From Azolla caroliniana (Eukaryota > Plantae > Polypodiophyta): a stretch of DNA of 64,000 nucleotides. The DNA is taken from NCBI GenBank assembly GCA_043228905.1, contig JBHGNT010000021.1, forward strand, positions 3,410,001 to 3,474,000. The letters are read 5' to 3'. The notes beneath the pieces are model-generated. The model saw only the letters and a program-made list of their open reading frames with translations. It was not told where the DNA came from and made no database searches. The stretch's first letter is position 1. Each line of letters opens with the position of its first letter. A program made the translations under genes and the position numbers. Positions 34,648 through 45,532 of the stretch are shown one piece after another.

Positions 34648-37600
34648 GTATGAAGATTATAACATGGAACGTGCAAGGACTCAGAAGTAGACTAGACCAA
34701 CAAAATAGATGGAAACTGAGAAGGGATCTTGAAGAATATTTACTAGGGAGTGGTGTTGACATCATCATGTTGCAGGAACACCACCTCGATAGCACACAGT
34801 TAAAGGAAGTCGGAGACCTTCTACCAGGATCATGGCGAACGATTTGGGAGCCAGCAATTGGGGAGGATGGAAATCATGGTGGTATTTGCACTTTGATTCG
34901 GGAACATCTAGCCCAGGGATTAATACACCAAGAATCACTTATACCTGGTAGGGCACATTTTTGCACGCTGACCATCCAAGGGCAACGATGGAACTTCATG
35001 AATGTTTATGCTCCTAACAACAGAACAGAAAGAGCAACATTTTGGGACCGCATCCGCCTACAAGTAGTGGGTGTGGAAGAGTGGTGCATTGGAGGGGATT
35101 TTAATATGATCGAATCCATTCATGATAGTTCCAACAACAACCCCATAGTCCTACAAGGAAGGGAACACAAACAATGGGAGAAGCTATGTGTCCACCTTAA
35201 CCTGCGAGACATCTGGCATTCTGCCAACTTCCAACGAAAAAGGGACTCTCTCCTATTCTCCTGATCAAACGGGCGGAATAGTGGGCCCACCCTATCTCGC
35301 ATTGACCGCATTTATGTGGGGGAGGCTTTAGAAGCGAAGGGAGGGTGGTGTCGCATAACTCCAGGCACGACTTTCTCTGACCATTACCCGGTAGCTGGTC
35401 ATTTTCAATTGCACCGAAAATGGGGCCCATTCCAGACTCGCATCCCACACACTATTTACACACTTATAGACATGAAGGACCAACTATCCAACTAATGGTC
35501 ATTACCCGTCAATGGCTCATCAGCATCGGACAAACTTTTAGCTAAATTAACAAGAGCCTCTACTCTCCTACATGAGATTGTCAAGACCAGACGCAAGGAT
35601 GCTCAGGAGAAGCGACAGAGGACAAAACGGGGACTAATAGCCTTACAACGCCTCCAACAGAGATACCCATCCTGTAGTTGGATCACAGGACAAGTCGCCA
35701 CGGCCAAACAGGAACTTAGCATGGCAGAAAAGGCAATATATGACATGGAGTTTCATGGCAGCATGGCGCGATGGATTCGATTAGGGGAAAAAACCACAAA
35801 GGAATTCTTCCGCTCCAAAGGCCCGAGGCACGCTAGAACTGTGATGTGCAGCCTCAACCGGGAGGATGGAACAACCACTGAGGATGGCGACGAAATGAGG
35901 AATATTGCCACGAGGTATTATAGCCGCCTACTTACCGAAGACATGATAGCTACAGAGGAAGACATAAGCGATGATATTATCCTCCAAAGCATACCCGAGA
36001 AAGTCACACCGGAAATGAATACCTGGCTTGTGCGTCCTCTATCAATCATTGAGATATGGGAGGGCCTCATTGATTTAGATGCTGAGAGCTGCCCCGGAAT
36101 TGACGGTCTCACCCCACACTTTTTCACATGCCTTTGGGGCACTATTAAAGAAGACCCCCTCCAGGCATATGAGGAGATCATCACCTCTGGAAGCATGCCG
36201 GAGGAATTTGGACAGGGGATGATACATCTCATTCCTAAAAGTGGTGGGAATGCCAACGACATTCACAAGTGGCGGCCCATTACTCTTCTCAATACTGTCT
36301 ATAAGTTGCTCGCAAAAATCATGGCACGCCGTTTAACCCCACTTCTTCCTCAACTCATTCATCCGTCACAGACAGGTTTCGTTAGAAATCAGAGCATCCT
36401 AGACAACCTCTTCGCATTTTGGGAAGCAGTAGCCCTTGCCAAGTAGACCAACAAGAAGGTAGCGGTGGTGCTACTAGATTTTGAGAAAGCCTATGATAGG
36501 GTATGCTGGAACTTTCTAGAAAGTGTGATGAGGAAACTCGGCTTTCAAGAGACATGGATCAAAGGCATTGCAGGATTTTATAGGAATGGCAGCAGTTGTG
36601 TTTTGCTGGCAGGTGAAAGGGGCCCCTTTTTCCGAATATCCCGCTTTGTACGGCAAGGATGTCCACTAGATCCATCCTTATTTCTATTATACGCCGAAGC
36701 ACTCTCTTGCTTTCTCAACTCGCGGCATCTCAACCTACATGGTCTTCCCATACCTCATTCTTACCAAAGCATCCTGGATATAGAATTTGCAGATGACACA
36801 TCAGTCTACTTGCAAGGGGACCTGGACAACCTCCAAAAGCTAGAAAGTGGGCTAGTTTTATTTTGCAAGCGATCCAACGCCATGATCAATTGGCACAAAT
36901 CCTGTGCAATATGGCTTTCTCAGGAAACACATCCGGCGTGGCACCCTCACCCCGCTTTCAAGTGGATCAATCAAGGAGCGAGCACCAAATATTTGGGCTT
37001 CCAAATTGGCTTCAACATACCGCCGGAGACTATGATTGCACCCGTTATCCTCTCCATTCGACAAAAGTTGATACATTGGAGCTCTAAAAAATTGTCGCTA
37101 GCAGGTCGCATCATAGTGGCAAATCAGGCACTCCTCGCAATAGCATGGTACAGTCTATCATGCTGGACAATCTCCAAGGAAAGTATACATCAGATTCAAC
37201 GACTGATCCGCAACTACATTTGGTTTGGTAAGGAAGACCATGTAGCTCGCACCAAGGTGGCGTGGCCTATACTCACAACGCCTAAGTTGAGAGGGGGATT
37301 GGGTCTTATTGATCCCCTTTCACAATCGAAAGCCTTACTTGCCAAATTTGTGGTGCGAGGACTCCAACCAGGAAATGATTGTTGGAAAATGCTACTGAGG
37401 TTACGTTTCGCTTACTTTAAGCCACGAAAAGGGGTCAATTGGGCCCCCCAAACGGGATGGATTCTAAACATGGATCTAAAACCTAGTTTCTCCCGCCATT
37501 TGGAGGACAGATTCAGTGCATCCATGTGGAAGGCATAGTGTGACATTCGTCGAGGGCTCCAGTGTGATCAACCGAGATCCGAACATGCCTGGCTCAGTCA

Positions 37601-37688
37601 ACGTATCCTATGGAACCCATGTCTCAAGGATGAATCTAATCAACTACTGGGATCACGTAAGGGGTTGTCATGGGGATACATTGCAGAA

Positions 37689-38098
37689 TGTTGAGCGGCA
37701 AGCTCAACCGGAGCCGGATCGGCTGAATAAACCGGAGCCGGTAAGCGAGACGGATCGGGCGAAACGGATTGGTATGACGGTGAGCAAACGAACCGGCAAG
37801 CAGTGGAGGCCGGGTGCAATCCGTAACCGGCAGTCCAATCAGAAGCCTAGAATAGGATAGACTACTAGGTATCTATAGTCTCGTAGTAAGTGTCAGATGC
37901 TCGTGTGAGCATTGAAGTACATGGTACTTCTGTCAGTCCCAAGAGGACTTGTATAAATAGTGCTACTTAGCACAGTGTGTAAATGCAGAGTCTTGATATA
38001 ATTTTGGAAATTACGTTCTGCTCTCTCTGTTTGTCTGTCTGTCTGTCTGTCTCTGCGTTGTTCTCTGTTTTACGCTTCCGCAAACACTTACGTTTACA
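37689..38098 (+). repeat. Copia 5' LTR (410 bp)
   Basis: Near-identical to 43207-43618: about 7 substitutions by eye plus microsatellite slippage. Contains TATAAATA. Confidence 0.96.
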
Positions 38099-38110
38099 TG
38101 GTATCAGAGC
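38099..38110 (+). other. Copia primer-binding site (tRNA-iMet)
   Basis: TGGTATCAGAGC directly after the LTR. Confidence 0.95.
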
Positions 38111-38192
38111 GCGAGGGTTGAGAACCTCTGCTGCAGACATTTACTCTTGAGAAGAAAACTCTAACAGGTCGAAAATAGACACAGTAGAAGAC

Positions 38193-41100
38193 ATGGATAG
38201 AGGCATGCCTACGTCGCTCCCGGTGGAAAAGCTCGACAGGAGCAACTACGCATCCTGGTCTTACAAGATGCACCAGTACCTCCTTGGACACGGGTACTGG
38301 AGTTATGTCGAAGGAGCGAATGATGCGGCGCCAGACTCGACACACAAGGACTTCCCGGTATGGGAATAGGCGGCAAGCAGGGTGATGTACTGCTTCGCAT
38401 CCAGTGTCGGCGATCAGCTGCTCAGCCACATCCGTGACACCAAGACACTGAAGGATGCTTGGGGGAACCTGAAAAAGGTTTTCGCCGCAAGCACCACTGC
38501 CCGGAAGCTGCAACTCAGACAGGAGTTGAGCAATGTTCGACAAAAGAACATGTCTGTGGCAGACTACACGGGCCGGATAAAGGAGATTTGCGACTCACTC
38601 GCCTCTATCAATGTTACCATAGAGGAAGACGAGATGGTGCAGGTATGTCTCGGAGGCCTAGCGTCCAAGTTCGGACCGTTCCGGACTGCGGTGTGTACAA
38701 GGGAGAATACCCCCTCATTCTTCGACTTACAGTCGATGCTCCTTGTAGAGGAGAACCACGCCGGTGCATCTAGCAGTGCATCCCCGGACAGCCGAATGTT
38801 GTACACGGGAACGGATCGGTTCCGTGGGCGTGGTGGAAGAGGAGGTCGGCACGCAATGGAGGCGGCCGGCAAGAGCAGGAACGGAGGCACTATGAGTGTG
38901 CCGACAGCAGTTCCGGGACTTCCACAAGCAAGGGGAGTCAAGGCGGTGCCGGAGGCCGGCAAGACAAATCCGCTACAGAATGTTGGTACTATGGAAAAAA
39001 AGGCCACAGGGAAAGCGAGTGCTGGAGAAAGCGTGCCGATTCGGACAAATCCGGATCCGGCAAGACTGGTAAGGATGGCCGGCAAAACTCGCACTACGCA
39101 AACGGATCAGGAGGATCCGGAATCAGAAAGGCCGGTAAGGGGCCAGCCTTGGTGATGAATCACAAGGCAAACTCAATGAAGAAGACCACTTCCAAAACGG
39201 AGGAAGTGTGGTATGTTGATTCCGGCTCGTCGAACCACATGACGAGCCACAAAGAGTGGTTCTCCTTTTTGGAGAAACCGGATCAGCCAGGAGCAGTCGA
39301 AACCGGAGACGACACTCCACACCCAATCGTGCACGTCGGAGAAGTCCCTCTAAGCCACGTCGAACAGAAAGGGAAGCTGATGAACGTATTACACGTTTCG
39401 ATGATCACGAAGAACCTGGTGTCCGTCGGTCAGATTGTCGACCAGGGGATGCAGGTGCGGTTTACGCACCTCGGGTTCTTCATTGAGGATGAGGGCGAAG
39501 TCATTGCGCAAGGGCGCAGAGATGGGAGGATGTTTATCCTCAACACCAATGACATTGGCACCGCTCTGTTCGCGAAACGACAGAAGGTCGAGTCGGACAT
39601 TGACCTATGGCACAAGCGGATAGGCCACGTAAACTACCGGAGGCTTCAAGACCTGCAAACGAAACAAGTCGTTTTCGGTTTGCCAAAGTTCAGCGGCCGG
39701 AGAGCCGAAATTTGTGAAGCCTGCCAACTTGGGAAGCAACACCGGCTTCCATTCCCCACCGAACGGAACCGGAGCCATAACAAGCTCGATCTCATCCATT
39801 CAGATGTGTGGGGACCAGCACAAAGTGTAAGCCTTGGCGGGAGCCGGTACTTCGTCTCCTTCATCGACGACTATACTCGACATACTTGGATCTACCTCAT
39901 TGAGCGGAAGAGCGAAGTCTTCGACTGTTTCCGGAGCCTCCAGAAGATGGTGGAACGGGAATCGGAGAGGAAGATCAAATGCCTTCGGTCGGATGGAGGA
40001 AAGGAATATTTTTCCGGCCAATTCACTAGTTATCTGCGGCAGAAGGGAATTCGGCGAGAGTTCAGCTGCAGATACACACCGGAGCAAAACGGTGTGGCCG
40101 AAAGGAAGAATCGGACACTCGTCGAAGCGGCAAGGACAATGCTGGAGGAGAAGAGCATGCCCCGGTTCTACTGGGCGGAGGCGGTCCAGACGGCCGTCTA
40201 CATACAAAACCGCATTGGTGATAAGGTGTCAGCTCATGAGCTGTATTTCGGGCGCAAGCCGAACTTAAGACACCTTCGGATATTCGGCAGCATAGCATAT
40301 GTGCATGTGCCGGATCAGAAGCGGAGAAAGCTGGATGCAAAATAGGAAAAATGCATTCTAGTCAGCTATGCTCAAGAGCAAAAGGGGTATAAGTGCTATA
40401 ACCCCCGGACGAAGGAAGTCCGAGTTAGCCGGGATGTCGAGTTCAACGAATCAACATCCTGGTACTCCCTACCGACTCCGACTTCCGATCCCGACCCAAT
40501 GCCGGAAGATCAGGCCAGTGCGCCTGAATCAGCCCTAGCAGAGGATGATGAAGCCGGGACTCAAGATGAGAGTCCGGAATCGTTTCGGTTGAGTGGACCG
40601 AACGAGCGTCTGAGTCGGTTGGACCAGTCGGATGAAGAGACGGCAAGTAGTGGAGACTCTGCCGTGCTCTCCCCGCGCAAGGAACTGAGAAAACGGTTCA
40701 CGCGCAAAGAGAAAGGGAAGAGGAAGATGTCGGAATTCGAAACTCGCAACGATGAGTCGGATCGGTGCGTATCCGACTCCGGAAAGGAGAAAGGCAGATC
40801 TTCGGCAACGAAGACCGAACTGGCCAAGAAGGGCCTTAAATCAGGTGACGGTGCGTTGCGCCGATCAACCCTCCAGAAGGATCCCGTCATGCGGTACGGG
40901 TACAATGAATACATGGCGCATCATTATGCGTACATGACTAAGGTGACAGAAGTGCGTGAGCCGGAGAGCTACGCAGAAGCGGCAAAGGACGCAAATTGGC
41001 GTGCCGCTATGGACGAAGAAATGCGGGCACTCGATGCCAACAAAACTTGGGACCTAGTTGATCCTCCCCATCAGTGTAGACCGATCGGATGCAAGTGTGT

Positions 41101-43212
41101 GTACAAGGTCAAGTACAACGCCAACGGTTCGTTAACCGGTACAAAGCCCGGTTAGTGGCGAAGGGATACGCGCAGACCCACGGAATCAACTATGACGAGA
41201 CCTTCGCTCCTGTGGCGAAGATGACGGCGGTTCGTGTGGTACTGGCGGTTGCTACGGCAAGGGGGTGGCATCTTCACCAGATGGATGTGAAGAACGCCTT
41301 CCTTCAAGGAGAGCTTGAAGAAGAAGTCTTTATGACTCAGCCCCCCGGATTTCACTCAGAGATGAACAAGTCGGCGGTATGCCGACTGAAGAAGTCGCCT
41401 TACGGCTTGAAGCAAGCCCCCCGAGCTTGGAACGCGAAGATCACGCACCGGTTGCGTAAGCTGGGGTTTGCTGTCTCTAAGTCGGACTCTTCGTTGTTCA
41501 TCCGGCAAGGCTCTGACGGTCCGGTATGTATACTCTTGTATGTGGATGATTTAGTCATCACCGGATCGGGTCTTCCCGAAATCAACCGCGTCAAGTCCCA
41601 GTTGTCGGACGCATTCGAAATGAAGGACCTGGGGGACCTTCATTATTTTCTTGGGATCGAAGTGATCCAGACCACCGACGGCATATTGCTCTCACAACAA
41701 CATTACGTGTTGAATATGTTGTATAAGTTCGGCATGACGGAGTGCCGACCTGTCTCCACACCCCTGGACCGGAACCAGAAGCTCCGTCCCAACTCCGAAC
41801 TGGCCTGCAATGAGAAACGGTTCCGACAGGCTGTTGGAAGCCTAATCTACTTAACCATCACCCGACCCGACATCAGCTATCCGGTCGGCATGGTAAGCCA
41901 GTTCATGCAGAAGCCGATCGTGGAGCACCTTCAGTGCGCGCAACGAATATTACGGTATGTCAGCGGCACTAAGGACCGGGGACTGCTATACCGGCGAGGT
42001 ATACCCGAAGAGCTTGTCGGTTAGACAGATGCTGACTGGGCCGGCGATGCGTCTGATCGCCGCTCCACTTCCGGATACATGTTCTCCATAGGTAGCGCGG
42101 TCGTTGCGTGGAGTAGCAAGAAGCAGCCCATAGTGGCTTTGTCAAGCACTGAGGCTGAGTACCGGGCCGCTACCGTTGCCACTTGTGAAGCCATCTGGCT
42201 TCGACGACTGCTGCGAGACTTGTGGATCGAGGTACCGACTCTGATCCCGATTTACTACGATAACATGAGCAGCCTGCAGCTCGCCAGGAACCCTGTGTTC
42301 CATGCTCACACAAAGCACATCGAGGTGCACTACCACTTCGTGCGTGAGCGGGTCCTAAGCGGTGAAGTTGACCTACGGTATGTTCATACGGATCGGCAAG
42401 TTGCCGACATCTTCACCAAGCCGCTCGGATCGGACAAGTTGCAGCACTTTACCAACATGCTTGGTATTCAGCATCTCGACGTGCCGCACTTGAGGGGGAG
42501 AAGCAAGGGCAAAGTCCAAAAGCCTGTTGAACCCGTCGGTAAGAGGAGAGCCGGAAGAAGAGGAGACAAGAAGATGAATGAAGCCGAGTCGACGAAGGAA
42601 GTCGACACATCCGAACAGGTCGAAGCAAGCGGTTGTGAAGAAGAGTTGTGCACTCAGGAAGAGAAGTGCATGTTGTGCGGAGGTCATCACGACGGTACTG
42701 ACCATGATACAGAGTCGAATGAAGAATTCGATTTCGGTTCACCGGTTGAAGAAGTCGAGGGAAGCATGGAGAAGGCCAAGACTCGGAAGTGTTCCGATGT
42801 GGTGAGAGGCCTGACGCCGGAAGTCGAATCGGAGTGTACCGATTCGGACAAGAGCTGGAACGAGTCGGAGACAGCTGACTCGGATCAACAGATGGATCCG
42901 GATGAGACGGATTGAGTGAAGGCCAAGGGGACACGGACACAGCGGAAGTCGATGCCATCGTGGGAGAACCGACGGATCGGCAAGCGCCGGAGTCACAACA
43001 ACGTGAGTGCTGAGATGGGCCTATTGAGCAGACATGCCGACCGAGAGGGTCGAGGCGCGCAGAACCAAAGGGGTCGCGGCAAATGGGACCGGACCGGACA
43101 AGGAGCGCGAGCAAGGCAGAGTGACGCTAGGAGAAGTCGATTGGAAGAACCGACTGCCACAGAGGTCGACACTACGACCCCACCTCAGGTTGAGCTTGAG
43201 GGGGAGTGTTGA
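38193..43212 (+). pseudogene. Copia gag-pol polyprotein with a few stops and frameshifts
   Basis: Gag KLDRSNYASWSYKM; protease WYVDSGSSNHM; GAG-pre-integrase LWHKRIGH..CEACQLGK; integrase HSDVWGP, RSDGGKEY and QNGVAER; RT MDVKNAFL and YVDD; RNase H DADWAG, SSTEAEY and KHIEVHYHF. Confidence 0.92.
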
Positions 43213-43543
43213 GCGGCAAGCTCAACCGGAGCCGGATCGGCTGAATAAGCCGGAGCTGGTAAGCGAGACGGATCGGGCGAAACGGATCGGTATGACGGTG
43301 AGCAACCGAACCGGCAAGCAGTGGAGGCCGGGTGCAATCCGTAACCGGCAGTCCAATCGGAAGCCTAGAATAGGATAGACTACTAGGTATCTATAGTCTC
43401 GTAGTAAGTGTCAGATGCTCGTGTGAGCATTGAAGTACATGGTACTTCTGTCAGTCCCAAGACGACTTGTATAAATAGTGCTACTTAGCACAGTGTGTAA
43501 ATGCAGAGTCTTGATATAATTTTGGAAATTACGTTCTACTCTC

Positions 43544-43574
<31 letters not shown>

Positions 43575-43618
43575 GCGTTGTTCTCTGTTTTACGCTTCCG
43601 CAAACACTTACGTTTACA
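43207..43618 (+). repeat. Copia 3' LTR (412 bp), preceded by PPT TTGAGGGGGAG (43196-43206)
   Basis: Matches the 5' LTR and is followed by the TSD CAGAA. Confidence 0.96.
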
Positions 43619-45532
43619 CAGAAGGTCTAGGCAAAAGTATTGAATGTTGGCGACGGTTTATGTCAATGCCACTACAAGATCAAGCGAACATACTCCATGG
43701 AATCAAGGGCGGATGGACTATGAGATCGGAAATCATTAACGCGCTACTGATTAGGGACTCTACTACTCAAAGGATGACAATGGAGAAATGGATAGGCCAC
43801 GAGGAGGAGGGCTCTCTGATCCCGAGAGGTAGGGGATCACTAGACATGCTCGAAGGCCATGAAGTGAGAGACACTGAGACACCCACACAGAATAACGCCA
43901 TTCGAGTACTCACGTACATTGGCCATAAATGGATTGTAGATCTTGATCCGATCAAAGTACAACCCGTTTGGCATATATGTACTCATGAAAACACATGGCT
44001 GCGTAAGGTCAGTTGGGACCCTTTGGAATGGACATGGCGTGATCCCTACGCAGGGCAAGGAAGCAAACCCATCCCTTTCTTCCAATTCACAACTAGATTG
44101 GGTCGCCACATTCTAGCTGCTCAAGCCGCCCGAGAACCGGCTGCTGCGAAAATCACCAAGTTCCCTCCGCAATAATCACCAAGTTTTGGCAGAAAATCTA
44201 GAAGCAACAACACACGAGGCGAATTACCACTTTCCAATGGTTGTTAATACATAAGTCCCTATCGGTGGGAGCATGGCAATGTGGGAACCTTAACTCTCCT
44301 AATTGTGTAGAGTGCCCACATTTAGTAGAATCCATACGACACGCTTTGTGGGACTGCCCAACGTCCCATAGAACATGGCGGGGGGTTGGCCGCTTGTTGC
44401 AATTATGCCAGGTGCAAGGTTCAATCAAGTGGGGAAATATATGTTGGCTATCATGGCAGGCTGCAATTGGCCGATACGAGCATCAGGAGGGGATGACTTT
44501 GGTGATAAAAGCACAAGAGGTTCTTTTCTCCTCCAGCGACAATGTCCGCTATTTTCCTCTTAATGACAAATCTCAAGAGGTGCTAGAATTGGTCAGCCCA
44601 ATAACCCTTTGGATTCTATGGAAACAACGATGTAGGCGAGTCTTCTCCAACCAAACCACCCATCCAACAAGGTTACTACAAGAGATATGGAGTGAAATTG
44701 TAGCCACTTTGAAGAGCCAATATGATGGCCTTAAAGGTGGCTCTGAGGGAGTTGAAAGACAACGCATAGCCTTCATCCAACAATGGTCGTCCTCTCCCTT
44801 TCTTGAGTCAGTGGGCTTCCACATTAGATGGAACTATCACGTCCCTTTAGGGATTTGTACATAATCGCCTCATTTGTAAAATTTTATAACTAATGGAAGG
44901 AGTTTTTTTGGGGAAAAAAGAAAAGAAAAAAGAAAACAAACAAACAATGCCATTTAATCTTCATTTCTAATAAACAATAATTTCACATATTCCACGCTGC
45001 ATTACAATGCATATTCACCCATTCTTTTGATTGTAGTTCAATGTAGACTTTTCTAACTAAAAAGGAAAGGACCAAAAATATGTGACAATCTTGTTCATTT
45101 AAGGGTGGTACATAGAAAACACAAGCTCACAAACTCAATCAGTACCTACTTCATGCCCATCTTCCAAAATGATTTTAGGGCAAGGAAACTAATTTCACAA
45201 TTAACCTTCCCAATGTATAGCCCTCACATTCATGTGTATTTGTGACACCATATATCGCTTATCCTAAAACTACATGCTACAAAGACAAATCTAGCTAATG
45301 ACCTTACATTCCTCAATTGTTGCAACAACAAGAAAATAGGTATGTTTTTGTGGATTCCTCATGATAATAGAGGTGAGAGAAAATACACATGTTTTTGTGA
45401 AAATACTCCTAAAGGGGCATTGGCTTGAAGATGATAAATGGAAATAAAAGTTGTGGAATAGCAAATTAGGGAGCAATTGGATATTGGTTCATTGTGGTTT
45501 TTAATGAAATCTAACACATATCACAAGATTCT

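Larger units (their letters stand above)
37689..43618 (+). mobile_element. Complete Ty1/copia LTR retrotransposon with 5-bp TSD CAGAA
   Basis: TG...CA LTRs at 37689-38098 and 43207-43618; CAGAA at 37684-37688 and 43619-43623; PBS and PPT present; domain order gag-PR-INT-RT-RH. Confidence 0.97.
34644..44864 (+). pseudogene. LINE ORF2 (APE endonuclease, RT, zf-RVT) with premature stops, split by the copia
   Basis: APE motifs MKIITWNVQGL, LQEHH, NVYAPN, GGDFN, SRIDR and SDH; RT motifs WRPITLLN, LDFEKAYDRV, RQGCPL and FADD; zf-RVT CVECPHLVESIRHALWDC. Stops end at 35264, 36446 and 37538, among others. Confidence 0.9.

Noticed and set aside
37516-37860. ORF crossing the LINE/copia junction, and similar ORFs at 43034-43378 and 43501-44175
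   Set aside because: Chimeric frames produced by the insertion; not independent genes.
35262-42024. Premature TAG/TGA stops in TE ORFs as RNA-editing or recoding sites
   Set aside because: Ordinary point-mutation decay (e.g. TGG>TGA, CAG>TAG) alongside frameshifts explains them; plant U-to-C editing is organellar.
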